From NCBI GenBank assembly GCA_965203295.1, contig CBDBCZ010000016.1:480001-544000 (forward strand): a stretch of DNA of 64,000 bases, written 5' to 3'. Below, in pieces: positions 49,911 to 63,554 of the stretch. The stretch comes from Nitrospirales bacterium. Its GTDB lineage: Bacteria; Nitrospirota; Nitrospiria; Nitrospirales; UBA8639. The notes beneath the pieces were generated by a model. It did no database searches. It saw nothing but the letters and a program-made list of their open reading frames with translations, and was not told the origin of the DNA. The translations under genes and the position numbers were made by a program. Position 1 is the first letter of the stretch; the number at the start of each line of letters is the position of its first letter.

Positions 49911-50032
49911 GTACACTAGTGCTATCTATGCACTAACTAATCAAAACACAAGTGAACCTGAAAGGGGTTGGAAGGGTAATTAATAATGATAATGAAAGGG
50001 AGGATGCTTAGGTGACCTAAAAAACACGTTTA

Positions 50033-50391
<359 letters not shown>

Positions 50392-50620
50392 CTATCGGTG
50401 ACTACCTCCAAAATACTTACCTGTATTCTTTACCCATGGTGAGCTCTGGGAGTGAGATCATAACCTACCTGTGTGCTAGAGAGGCCCACAATCCTGCGAG
50501 GCACCTCCAAGTGGAACCCAGTCTTGGGGTCCTTGTCTCCCCTCAGAGCTGGGTCGTCATTCCTCTCCTTCCCATCCAGCCAGTCGATGCAGACGTCTCG
50601 GATGGCTAGCAGGATCCTTT

Positions 50621-50750
<130 letters not shown>

Positions 50751-53700
50751 GTGGGGGTGGGGGTAGGTGGGTGCATAAGTGAGTGTGGGTTCAAATTAGA
50801 GAGGACCTTCAAACTACGGAACTCTGGGAAATGTACCTACTGTACCCCCTTTGTTTTCAGAGATGGAATGTTAGTGAGACTAGGTAATGAGATGGGGCAC
50901 AACGATGACAGTTATAGTAGCATCGCACAAATTCAGCGTCGTGGTGGCACTTATGATGACTTAATAATGATATCATAGTGATGTAATTAGCACAAGTAGT
51001 AGGCACGTACCCTCCTTTTGCATAATTCTGGTGAAAACACTGCATGGCTCATTTTGCCAACAGAGCTGAGCTTTGGTTTCTCCCACTTGTGTGAGTGCTA
51101 GAAGGCAGACAGTACATTCGAGCATGTAAGTTTCGAATTCTTTAACCATGTACACATGTAGCTAGCTAGCTAGGTCATAGCCACAGCTTCTGACAAAGAC
51201 AGAAGGCTACAGCTTGCCTGTGATTGGCCCTGCTTAAAAGAGTGCTACAGTGCAATCCAAAGATGGGAGCGCATGAGTTAGAGATGTACGTAGTTGTGAA
51301 CATGATGAGTGATAACCTTTCCAGCAGGTGAGCGTCAATTAGAGATGTCTAGGCCCGTGTCTAATGACTGCAGAATAATCGGGCAGGAAGCCATAGTAGG
51401 CTGCGTCTAATGTGACTGCAAAATGATCAGACCATGTGAGCAGGAAGCATTGTGGGGACAAGTGGCAGTACAAAAAATAGGCAAGTCTTGTACCACATTA
51501 CAATAAGCAATCTCCCAATGCCACCCAGTTTCTTGCAATTTAGCTTCTACAGAAGCCTCCAAGAATCCAATACACTACAGATCCTAGACAACTCTTTGAA
51601 AGCTGGTGAATATAAGCCTGCCCCAGTACCTGCTCAAAACCCTTGCAGGTTTTCCTGCTCAAATTATTGCAATTAGAGCACATGAAACCATTACAGCTAA
51701 AGGTCGGCATTCTCACCCAACATGAGATAACTTAACCTATAGGGGAGATTGGACACAGTCATGCGACAGTCTACGCAATCATGGTGTTGTATGGATTCTC
51801 CACGGAGCTATCTGTACAAAGGCAGTTTCTGTTATCAATGCAAATGAATCTGCTTGTGAAGCTTTGAAAAGCAAGTCAACCCATTCAACCCCTGGTTCAG
51901 TGTAGTGTTACTGTCCTTAAACTATCTACATGTAGTAGCGGGCAAAAGCAGGACTACGTACCGACTGGATTCGATCCACGGACAGTAAAATGCTGCCCTT
52001 CTAGGACTGTACCAGCTATCTCATATCAATCCACAGGCTTTACAATGAGCTATGATTACCAGCTAGTCTAGCTGCTGTCGTGTCTGCCACTCCTCTACAT
52101 GACACCTCAGAATCACTCGAGATGCTAGAGACTGCTGAACACTGAACAGTAAGTCGCTTTGGTGCATGCTAATTCCTTATTGATGCCCACTCAGGTTTAG
52201 TCAGTACATTATGTGTTACTGCACAGCGTCTCAGGGGAGAATGGTGGAAGACTTTGAGTAAAGTCTCTACAGAACTGAAGATAAAAGCTCCCAAACTTTC
52301 ATCCGATGTCAGATTCAAGCATGGTTGATGTCAGAAAGTCGCAGTGTTCTCAATACCAAATGATAATTAACTATCACTGCCACTCACATGTACTCTTTGA
52401 CAATGCACAAAAGGCGCCAGGCTTGAAAGGTGATCGGGCCAGGATGGTTGTGTATGCCTTTCAGACGCTCATGACACAAAGTTCTGAGTGCCCTGACATG
52501 ACTTCTCCAGTTGCACTCTTGGTTAGAAGCCACTGTCTTGCACGTAGCGTGGTACTAGGAATTTGCAATTTTTCAGTCAGCATACCAGTGCATGTATCTC
52601 GGAGACTGCCTCTGGTACATGTCCAGTTTTTGCATATTATGTAGCCCTGCTTTCGAATGGTACCGGTTTTGTGCAGCTCAGGGGGGGGGGGCGAATAAAA
52701 ATGTACTAAGCAAAACCGCACCCCTCTCGCGCGAAGCATGATCGAACCGTCCGTACAGAACGGCTTCTGTAGGCCAAGCGGTAAGCACCTGCAACTTGAG
52801 ATGTGTTAAGTTTATAGCAGAAGTATAGGCCTATAACATCCAGCTGCTGATTTCGTGGTACTAGGTCTTGCAAAGGCACCGAAAGAAATGGTCCCGCTAA
52901 TTAAACATTGGAATGCGCTTACGTTCTAATTTCCTACTTTTTCAATAATCCCCGTCACCTGAGGAACGACTGGCGTGAAGAAGGTGACGTCATTTCCTTC
53001 ACATATGTGAAGGAAATGACGTCACCATTCATGATGGGGATCTCCCTGAAGCGAGGTGCTCTTATCTTAGTCAGTGAAGCTAATTAAGACTAATTATGAC
53101 AATTCAGTATGACCTTTGAACCATTGATATGGGAAGTGCGTTATACTGAAGTTGTACACTCCTTTTTTGCAATGGCTTCTACAGAATCCTACAATAAGTA
53201 AATTTCCACTTCGCAGCGGCCCTCTACCTCTTCAGCCAGCCAGTATTTGGTAGCCTCGTACCCACGCCTTCTCTCACAGCTTTTTTCGCAGCCATGGAAA
53301 AAAGCGTGGGTAAGGACTGGAAGCAAACGTCACGTCATTGCTTACGTCAGATGCATCACATAGGAATGAAGTGACGTCACCAAAAGTACACACGACGATT
53401 TACAACGACCTCGAGAATCAAGCCGAAAGAACAACAGAAAATCCAGCTCAACTTACATAGCAGCACTTGCTCAAAACCCTTGTGGGTTTCGTGATTCAAA
53501 ATATAGCAATTTGGCCAACTGAACACTGTTACAACTGATCCACCAGCAATTAGAATCACGTACAATTACAACAGACACTAATCAGGTGCACATACCTAGA
53601 CAAACATGTTTACGTGAGCTACAAGACTAGCCTACCACTAGCTACTATACATTTCCCATAATAGCACAGGAACTACAAACTGTTTAGTCTGACAAGGTTG

Positions 53701-54479
53701 TCAGACAAGAAACGAGCCGAGTCTTCTACCAGTGGCTGTCACCACCCGCATACTGCTACTCGTGGTTGAGACCGTTACTCAGAAACAGAACCAAGAGACC
53801 TTGATCAATATGCCCCGCCCCCATGACATCATTGGTATTTACAGCAACAGCTCTTGCGTCTTTTCCCCACTGACCACTGCTACTAACACTGCCACCTTGC
53901 TTGGACTCAACAACTGCTACCTAGCTAGGAATTGAACAGCTCCATGATGTACAGTAAATGGAGTCAGTGTCATTCACCTACATGTACGGTAGGCTATGGC
54001 TGTGAAGAGCTTGGCCACAGTCCTAGCGTGCCTACGTTGTTTTGCAGTTGTTTGTAGTCTCTTCTGAGTTACTGCCTCCACGTGGCTCAGGCCGGGATCT
54101 GTCAGCAGTACTACTGCCACTGGCACACACATATCACATGTAGATAGCACCTTTCTATCTATACAGAGCGAGTTCAAAGAGCACAAGTAGTTGCGTGAGT
54201 GAAGCGAGCACACCTGCTTGTAATTGTAAAACCTGCTTGCAATTAATGGCATGTACACCAGACTCTCCCATTCTAGTCTCGTGCCCAGATCTTGGCTCCT
54301 CCCCCTTGCGGAAATCGTCTGGCGATCCAAGTTGCAGGTAGGCATGGCAAGGGAAAAGCCTATATACTAGGACAGAATTCTCAAGGGGAGGGGGGTGGAG
54401 CAAATGCCCTGCACAAGTCTCTCTGATCACCTGTCACAGGACAGCCCTTGCTATTTAAGTTTCTGTTCTACATGTACTA

Positions 54480-54615
54480 CAGTGGAACACCTCTATTGTG
54501 GGGACCTGGTAAACTAGAGAGATGTCCTCATTTCAGGGGTAAGTAAATCATTGGACCTTGAGAAGGGCCAAAGGTGTCCTTATTTCAGGGGAGTCCTTAA
54601 AGAGGGGTTCCACTG
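54480..54615. mobile_element. 136-bp pogo-like MITE
   Basis: TA|CAGTGGAAC...GTTCCACTG|TA. Confidence 0.75.
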
Positions 54616-55989
54616 TATAGCCACTAGAAAAATTCACAGTGGCCCCATTGAGACATTAGCATGCACTGTAGCAAGGCCCTAGCATTCCACACACACTCCC
54701 AGTGCTAAAAGTCCTTGTGTTCAAACGCTGCGAGTGATAAAGCTGAAGCACCCTCTTCCCAGGAGATCAGCCATGTTATTAGCAAGTCAGCTGCTGTAGC
54801 TATAGGATCGATATCTGCAGAGTAACAGCCAGTCGTGCAGAGAGGATGGGTGCGTTGAAGTGCGTTAAAGCTGCAATCCGAGGTGAGTGACTGGAGAAGG
54901 CTCTGTCTGAGCACATGGGCTTCTGGTATTATGGGAACTTATCAAATTATCGCCAATTTAGTATGACCTTTGAACCATTATGTTCTATTCCTTTAGCAGT
55001 GGCAATAGCTTCTACTGGTGTCGTTTTCGTTAGTATCGATATTCAATACTATATCGCGGTATAGCGATACGATACCTTACATCACGTGCCACGTATTTAA
55101 GTGTTCTCGAAGAACTTCTGTTAGTTTTTGTTTGGCTGTTTCACCCACATCCAGTTTCTATATGCACGTACATATATGTGTACATCTTGAAGAAACAGCT
55201 ATTTTGTCCACATTCGGTATGATCACAATATATTGATATTAGCGATACCTGTGGCGAAAGTATCAATATCATATCAATTCTATAGCTGCAGGCATCCCCA
55301 TCACTAATAGCTTCCTGAGAAGCCCCCAAAAATTTCTTATGTACTAAGACTCCACACTCACCCTCCAGAATTTCCATCAGTGGAGGTGTCTCAGCTTATA
55401 TAGCAGCATTTGCTCAAAACACTTGTGGGTTTCCTTGTCCATGTAATTATGGAACATGAATATCATTACACTGCAACCAATATCCTGACTACATAGGAGT
55501 CTTCTACCAGCGGTTATCACTGACTACATACTGCTACTTGTGGTTGAGACTGTTGCTCAGAAAGGTAATACGAGAGCTTCAATATGTCCTGCCCCATCAC
55601 ATCAATAATATGCAAACAGTGTTTGCACATTGTTATACTGAGGTGTTCTTTGTACTATGGACTGTTGTAGCCTTGTTCCCAGGCCTTACCCACACAAACG
55701 AACGAAATGTGAATGCTCTTAGTAAACAGGAACAGCCTGAAAACCAATATCTCCGACTTGCACAGTGAGAACTGTCAGCTCAGCTAACACACGGCTTCAC
55801 TGCTCAGGCACGTTGCTATGACGATCACTCAACTATGATGTTATCATGTCATGTGGGGGTGGGGGTGGGGGTGGGGGTAAGGATAAGGTTAAGGTTAGGG
55901 AGGAATACGTTTAGAATTAGGGTTAGGGATAGGGATGGATAGGGGTAAGGCAGGGTAGGGGTTGCGGAGGTTTAAAATAAAGCTCACTT

Positions 55990-56830
55990 CCTGCCTCCTC
56001 AAACTGTCATTTCACCTGTCGAAGGTGTGGCAGACAAGGGCATATTCCATTGTGTGAAGATTATCTCTCTGGCAGTTCACTATCAGACCCTGGCTATTGG
56101 ACTTCTAAAAAATTCGAAGCCCACTTAAAATTATACAAAAGTTGTGAAAGCCTGTTATACATGTAGTGTTCACTAAGTTATATACTAGCACTTGCTCAAA
56201 CACTTGTGGTCATACAAACTGAGTGCAATTAGGACACATGAATACCAATAATGTGGAGTCTGGGGCATGGATGGCTGGGTATGAGACCATGCTCTAGCTT
56301 ATTATTATGAGCTAGCAGTTACATAATCTTCTCAGTTACCATTTTGTAAGGAAAAGCTGTAATATGCAGATACAAAGATCTCCAGTCTCGTGCCCAGACC
56401 TCTGCTTGCCCACACACCAAACAGACACCATGTATGGCATCAAATTTAATGACCCCACGGCTGGAGCATACATGAGTCCTTCAATGAAATTACTCCAGGT
56501 TTGCACTACTGCATGATGTACACTGCCTCGTCCCCAGACATTTATTCCAATCCTAAAGTCTGTAGCACTAATGGATTCGCTGCCTCCTCAAACTGTCATT
56601 TCACCTGTCGAAGGTGTGGCAGACAAGGCCATATTGCACCCTGTGAAGATTATCTATCTGGCAATTCACTATCAGACCCTGGCTACTGGGCTTCTGGATA
56701 ATTAAAAATAACACTAAAGAATCTGTTATTGTGTTTGCATACTAGTACTTGCTAGTGCAAATAGGACGCATGAATACCACTTATGTGGAGTGTGGGGCAT
56801 GGATGGCTGAGTATGAGACCATGCTCTAGC
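55990..56830. repeat. Local tandem duplication (55990-56300 ~ 56580-56830)
   Basis: Shared ctgcctcctcaaactgtcatttcacctgtcgaaggtgtggcagacaagg ... gagaccatgctctagc. Confidence 0.85.
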
Positions 56831-56843
56831 ATATTACAGTCTA

Positions 56844-58368
56844 CAGTGGAACCTCCCATAACGGACCCTCCCACCAGCGGACAACCTCCCTATAAAGGAC
56901 ACTAGCCGTGGCACCGATTGAAATCACTATAGTGCTAATGTATAAGAAACCTCCCACGAGCGGACGCTTCTTGATTCCGGACAGCGGACAAACTGCATGC
57001 TCCCGACTGCAAAAGTCCGTTGAAAACTGCCTCTTATAACGGATAAATTGGAAGCCGCACCCATCTTTCGTGCAAAAACGTGCATAAACGCGCATAAAGA
57101 CCGGAAGTTACTCTCGTACTCGTAGTCTAGACGGCAGATTCACTCAATTTATCCCGCCTGAAAACTGACTCACAGCGATAGTTGAGATACTGAACGCGTA
57201 AGTTCCCAGCAGCTCTTGTTTCTGAGATCGCTGTATAACATGCCAATCCAGTCGCCTACACAAGTTGGGCAAAAACGGGCATAAACCGAACGCGACACGG
57301 ATATACAGCTAGAGCACGTGATCTGTGACGACACGTGAAACTCTATTTCGAATCCATACCCATAAGCGGTGTAGAGATGCTTACACAGTTCAAACCATTC
57401 TGGACAGTTATTTTGGACATTACTGACATTGTTGACATTGTGGCACTCTATTTGTTATAACACTCAATGTTAATGTCGTCCGATAACTCTTTCGACAACA
57501 TATATTATACAGTCATGTAGCTAGCTACAATGAGCTATGCCTGGTAGATACGTACAGTAGATGACATGGTTTATGCTTGAATACTTGTCTGGTAGGCATT
57601 TGAGTGCTTCACTCATTGCACGCCACGGGCCACTTTATTGGCCTTTACGTAATGCTTCCGCTACGCCACGGGCCATTAAAGTGGCCCTAGAAACGGCAAG
57701 TTCATTTAGCGGCCAGGAGGGTCAACCCCTACCTTTATTAGCCATAGAATTGAGTACAGTGATTACTAATAGTGATGTAACTGTGCCAAAAGTCGGTCTA
57801 CTCAGTAATAGAACGGATATACACGGCAAAATATACAACCGATCAAGACGATTAGCTACGGCTACCTACACTGCTACACAGTTAGTTAGGCTTTGTAGGC
57901 TTTGTAGTCAACTTCATTGGCAGATACGATGGTAACTGGTTCAGGAGAAAGACGGGGGCTTCAGCAGGATCGTAGATCTTTGCTGCCTGAGCGTCAAGAC
58001 CACAGTACCGTGTCGAACTTACCGTGTATCGGGTTATCGATCCTGAATCCCTTCTTCGTTCCAATCCGCTGCCCTTTTTTGCCTTCAATGGCTGTAGCTG
58101 GTAGTCTTCCAACATATACGATGCAAAATTCGCTGGATATTTGACTTGGTAAGCATAAAAATAGCCATACGCTGTACTAAAACTTTTAGTACACCATTTT
58201 TGTAGAAACTGTGGCGTGGAGCATCACGCGCGTGACGTAATTACGGCGTGCAATAAGTTAATGAGGCTAAAAATAGCAAATTGAGTCGAACCTCCCACCA
58301 GAGGACAACCTCCGAATAAAGGACAAAAGCCTTGCTCCCAAAGTGTCCTTTATTCGGAGGTTCCACCG
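56844..58368. mobile_element. 1.5-kb non-autonomous pogo/Tc1-mariner-like element
   Basis: TA|CAGTGGAACCTCC...GGAGGTTCCACCG|TA with repeated subterminal aacctcc..ggac motifs. No transposase ORF recognised. Confidence 0.82.
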
Positions 58369-58909
58369 TAGAATAAGACGTCAAATTTATTACCGAATCG
58401 CTGGCAGTCACAAAAACGTAACCAGAAAGTGCCCACTCTCATTATTACGTGCGGTTGCATCGTTGACATAATCATTTTCGCTAGCCTCGAGGCAGGAGTT
58501 GAAGAATTGCTGCTGTAATGCCCACATGAAGGTACTGAGGTAGTAGCTATAGACCCATTGATAGCATCAAGACAAACCATCTCACTAGGTTACAGCAGCT
58601 TTCATAAACCTTGCTACAGCAAACCAGAACCGCAACTAGTTAATTGGTTTGATTCAAGAAGTGACCACATCCTTTCAGAAGAGCATAATTAATCACTCAC
58701 CCGCCAATTAGTGCAGTGGGCGTTACTCTATAAGCTGTACATCTCATATGCACATCTCTTGCAGACTCACATTATTAGGGGCTGCTCCAATCTGAGATCC
58801 GCTGTGCTTGGTCTCTGCCACCGCACCACTGGAGTGCCTCACGGCTGCTGCAGCAATAGTGGCTGCACGGCTCACTGGATAGCCAGCTCTGCTGCATGGG
58901 AAAATGCAG

Positions 58910-59404
58910 TAGTCTCATACCCAGACCTCCACTCTCATACCCAGACCTCCACTCTCATACCCAGACCTCCATTCTCACACCCAGACCTCCACTCTCACAC
59001 CCAGACCTCCACAGTCATACCCAGACCTCCACTCTCATACCCAGACCCCCACTCTCATACCCGGACCTCTACTCTCATACCCAGACCTCCACTCTCATAC
59101 CCAGACCTCCACTCTCATACCCAGACCTCCATTCTCATACCCAGACCTCCACTCTCATACCCAGACCTCCACTCTCATACCCGGACCTCTACTCTCATAC
59201 CCAGACCTCCACTCTCATACCCAGACCTCCACTCTCATACCCAGACCTCCACTCTCATACCCAGACCTCCACTCTCATACCCAGACCTCTATACCCTCCC
59301 TGCCTAGTCTCATACCCAGACCTCCACTCTCATACCCAGACCTCCACTCTCATACCCAGACCTCTACACCCACCCTGCCTAGTCTCATACCCAGACCTCC
59401 ACTC
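58910..59404. repeat. 20-bp minisatellite (CTCATACCCAGACCTCCACT, >20 copies)
   Basis: Direct reading; two interruptions of the form ccctgcctagt. Confidence 0.97.
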
Positions 59405-60656
59405 TGCCCCCTTACTGAAACGGCCAGTTGACCCAAGTCCAAAAGGTAGTTTCACCCACTTGCATTCCAGGTGGATCCAATGACATTGCAGTATTATTAC
59501 ACAAAAGAATGCTAATACGGTTGAAGAAAAAGCAATGCTAGCTGTTTTGGGCAGAATTAGACAGCCATTTCAATCAGCTGGCGATCGATACTGTTCTTTA
59601 TGTAGCTTGGAAGGTTAGATAACCATAATGTCGTCAAACAGGGAGTATGAAAGGAGCAACTTGTTGTAGTAGCTTTGAAAGGCAAGTTACCGTACCTTGT
59701 TCATGTTGCCATTCTGTACAGTACAGTACTGTGGCTAGTTTTCAGACAAGATTGGCGTACAAACGATCCTTGTAGAGACAGGAGTAACTTGTATACAGCT
59801 TTGAAGCCTAAACTACTTCACTAACTGCAAGTAAACCACTCATTACTCTGCACACATCGTATCCATTGAAATGACTTTTTGGACTTGGTCCGCCAGACCG
59901 TTTCAGTGAGGGGGAGGAGTGACGGTCTGGGCAAGGGACTCCTCCCCCTCAAGGTTCCTCGTGCATGCGCATAATTTTAAACTATGTCATTTTTATTTTA
60001 TTGCATTTAGAAAAATTCGGGCCTGTAAAACTACAAATCAAGTTAAAGTGGCGGCATGTCAAGTCGGAAGGATTAGGGTTAAGTCACATGACTTCCGCTA
60101 GTGCTGCCACGGCCCTGAGGTGCCATTCTCCGATTTGATCCTGGTACTCATTCACTAGAATAGCCCATTGTTTCAGTAAACCAATCATTTCCCCTGCCTG
60201 CATGCTATCAACCCAGGTACTAGCTGTGAATAATCACATAATTTGATACCTCCTACACTACATGAAGGATATAAGATAGCATGGAATTTACTAGTAACAG
60301 GTGTTTACAAATATCTTACCTTACAGAGGCAAGGATGGAGGTAGAGTCGGCAGGAATCTGTGCACACCGAGAGAAACCACTTTTAATCAGCTACGATGAC
60401 AAGCTACGGCAGGATCTAGACCACGCGACATGCATGCATGCATGCATAATTTATGCACGTGCGTGCCACTGCAGCTAGCTGCCAAGAGTGTTCGTCTGTA
60501 TGCATGCGAGCCAGCCTAACCCTAGTCTGGCGTGGCAAGCAAACAGCGTGGCTGCCTGAGTATCAGCGAGTTTATACTTGTAAGTGTTGTGTAATGATAG
60601 GCCTAAATGCTACTGAAAATAGTCTGCGGTGGGCGTGGCATAGGTACATGTACAAG

Positions 60657-61199
60657 ATGGCTAAGAAATCGTACGGTGCATCAGATGCATGGTACAAGTT
60701 AGTAATTATTGGAGACGGCAATACTGGGAAAACCTGTCTGGTGGAGTGTTTTGCTGGTGGGCAGTTTTGTAGTGTCTACATACCTACCATTGGGGTTGAC
60801 TTCAAAATCCATACAGTTGAGTTAGACGGGTTTAAAATTAAACTTCAGATATGGGATACCACTGGAAACCCCCGGATTAAAGCCATAACATCAGCCTTCT
60901 TCAGGGGAGCACTGGGTATGATAGTAACTTTCAGTGTGACGAAGAAAGAGACATTTCATAACGTTGCACATTGGATACAAGAAGTAAAGCAGTTTGGACC
61001 GCCTGGTGTGAAACTAATCATTGTTGGCACTGGCTGTGATCGCAAAGACAGAGAAGTGGACTATTTCACGGCAAGAGACTTTGCTAATGAGCAGCAACTC
61101 TCTTTCTTTGAAGTGAGTGCAAATGATGGCACCAATGTGGAACTAGCATTTTTGACATTGGTTCAAGAAATTCGGCAATCACTACATATACCATGCTGA
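60657..61199 (+). CDS. Intronless atypical Rab GTPase (Rab1/Rab8-group-like), 180 aa
   Basis: KLVIIGDGNTGKT, PTIGVDFK, KLQIWDTTGN, FFRGALG, FFEVSAN, NVELAF. Open single exon; a GC box lies just upstream. Confidence 0.85.
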   Translation: MAKKSYGASDAWYKLVIIGDGNTGKTCLVECFAGGQFCSVYIPTIGVDFKIHTVELDGFKIKLQIWDTTGNPRIKAITSAFFRGALGMIVTFSVTKKETFHNVAHWIQEVKQFGPPGVKLIIVGTGCDRKDREVDYFTARDFANEQQLSFFEVSANDGTNVELAFLTLVQEIRQSLHIPC

Positions 61200-62069
61200 T
61201 TACCATAGCTCATGTATGCCAAAATTGGCTAGCCGTCTTTGGTGGCCTTGTATTTTACTGAGCTTGCTCTCATGCATGTAGGAATATTTTTCTTGATTTA
61301 CATGTACTGACTTGATGATGTAGCATGATCGATTATCTCTCCCTCTACTTGTAATACATTTCCATAACTGCTGGACTGCCACAAGCATATTGAGCTAGCC
61401 CCTCTTTTCACCTGCCACACTGGAAAAACACTTTTCCAGTAGAAGCTAGGTGAGAAGAGCTAGGGTCTAGCTTAATAGACAAGGCTGCCGTATATGTGGA
61501 TTAAGGGGGGTGGTAAGTATTAAGTAGGCCTTGATGGATCATTCTCTGTTTGAACCAGGGTTTCAGGGGGCCCTGGGATTCCAGAAATATCATTAAATCC
61601 TGCATGTAGCTCCTCCCTGGTGTGTGAGGACGCAAATTCGACTACTACGCATATTGTTTTAAGGCTACGTAGTAGATGTAACGCAACTACTCTTGGAGAA
61701 GACACCATGAATTTTAATCAGTTCTCTAACAGGAAAGGAACTGTAGAATGGGAAGAAGTATACACAGATACAGTCAAACATGAATTGTAAACAGGCCTGC
61801 ACAAGACTTATTGGAAGTTATGTAGAACACACCTGAGAGTTAGAACACTTCTACACTGTATAACACTTTAGGCTGTGCCTTTGATTTGTGTGGCTACCAT
61901 GCTACAAGTGTATAATAACATAATAATATCTCAACTCTGCACCATACTATTTCACAACAACATGCAATGTAAGGAAATTAGCACTGTGAACAGTAAAGAT
62001 CATAAAGAGGCAATAATAATTTGTGCACCGCACTACTCATTTACAAAACATACTTCAATATGAGCAAAA

Positions 62070-62178
62070 TTTGGTCATAGACTAGCATCCTTGTTCGATA
62101 GATGCCATCTGGACAGCCATCAGGAGCATCCATTCTGTATACACTGGTTCAACATGAGCAAGTAACTTTTCAGTTGGC
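62070..62178 (-). pseudogene. Tyrosine-kinase C-lobe exon relic (Csk/Src-like)
   Basis: After acceptor cccatag: PTEKLLAHVE, a frameshift, then YRMDAPDGCPDGIY, resembling Csk GYKMDAPDGCPxxVY. Confidence 0.55.
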
Positions 62179-62191
62179 TATGGGAAGATGT

Positions 62192-62242
<51 letters not shown>

Positions 62243-62559
62243 AAATCCCTCAATGTTGGTGGGGGGGGTACATGTACTACATGTTAGTAAACGTATATTG
62301 GTAGCTACCTTTTCAGCTCCCTTTAAGCCTTTATACCCGATAACAAGCAAAAGCTAAGTTCTCGGATCGTGTATAAAACACGTTCTGGGGTTCGAATCCT
62401 CTTCCACTTTCTGTGAAATCCTGAGAAGAGCGGAGTACATGGGGAAGCCATATTAAGTTGGACCAGGGATCTGAGGGGAGGGGAGGGGAGGGGAACTCAA
62501 CTCAACCATGCAGCTGTTCACTGCATGGTTGAGTTCTCTGAGGAAGAGTGACAGAGTGA

Positions 62560-63190
62560 AGTATGTGGCTCAGAGAAGATTTGTGGCAAAAAAAGATTAG
62601 AATTGCCAAGAACGATCGGTTCAACAGAAAGCATGGCCAGTAGATCGAGCATGAAGCACGGAGAGGACTGAGTGGCTGCGGCATGTGGTAAGGTCTGGGG
62701 GATACGCAGTGAGAGAGAGCTGGCTTGCAACCTGTCAAAACATCAGCGGTGAGGAATGAGAGAGAAGAACTCTTTAAGGGCTCGGCTTCCATGCTTGCCA
62801 GAGAGCAGAGCTTCTGTCCTTAACATTCATAGCACCTTTGATGGTCAGTCCATTGAGACCGTGTGGCAGAGACCTCTGAGGACAGAGATGTCAGAGCCAC
62901 CCGGTGAAGAAGAGTTGTGTGAGGCCACTGGCAAGCGTGAGGAGAGAGAGGCGGCAGGGAGGAAGGGATTCTGTCTGAGATGGTGAAGTATGGTGTGGTA
63001 GAGTGTTTTGACTACATGTTGGGTATGTCTCAGTTGGTGTGGTTTAAAAAGCAAGTACCAACAGAGTGGCGAGATGCTCTAATCATACCAATCCAAAAGA
63101 GAGGAGATTTGTCAGTGTGTGACAATTGGCGGAGCATCAGTCTGCTAGATACAACAGGAAAAATATTCCCCCCTCATCTATAGATGCGTC
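62560..63190 (+). mobile_element. LINE ORF2 relic (RTE-like, start of the RT domain)
   Basis: VLNIHSTFD...PPGEEELCEA..AAG, then ILSEMVKYG and VPTEWRDALIIPIQKRGDLSVCDNWRSISLLDTTGKIF, with frameshifts. Confidence 0.8.
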
Positions 63191-63329
63191 TGCAATAAAA
63201 TTAGGCATGCACTTTGAATGTCTGGACCATGGATCATTAAGGAATATGGACAAGTCCCATTCTAGGCCCCCATGGTAAAGCTTGTCTTTTGTAGAAACTC
63301 GTGTTTTAGACTGGGCCCATTTTTCTCAC

Positions 63330-63398
63330 CTGCTGGGCCATGTCCATCAGCTGCCGTGCTGTCTGGTCATTGAGGGAGAAGTTGCTACTTATGATGAT
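63330..63398 (-). pseudogene. Possible exon (kinase subdomain VIa-like)
   Basis: cag|ATC...CAG|gtgaga, IIISSNFSLNDQTARQLMDMAQQ, resembling Src-family QLxDMAxQ. Confidence 0.35.
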
Positions 63399-63415
63399 CT
63401 GCATGTAAATGTAAA

Positions 63416-63554
<139 letters not shown>

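Noticed and set aside
55855..55965. Telomere-like TTAGGG tract
   Set aside because: Only a few degenerate units; low-complexity G-rich sequence.
57561..58144. Transposase inside the 56844-58368 element
   Set aside because: Only short ORFs, with no recognisable HTH or DDE motifs.
58711..59483. 198- and 195-aa repetitive ORFs, or a CRISPR-like array
   Set aside because: A 20-bp tandem unit with no unique spacers; the unit is stop-free, so the ORFs arise trivially.
60453..60647. N-terminal extension of the Rab ORF
   Set aside because: GTG start and no Rab similarity; the ATG at 60657 (or 60648) gives a normal Rab N-terminus.
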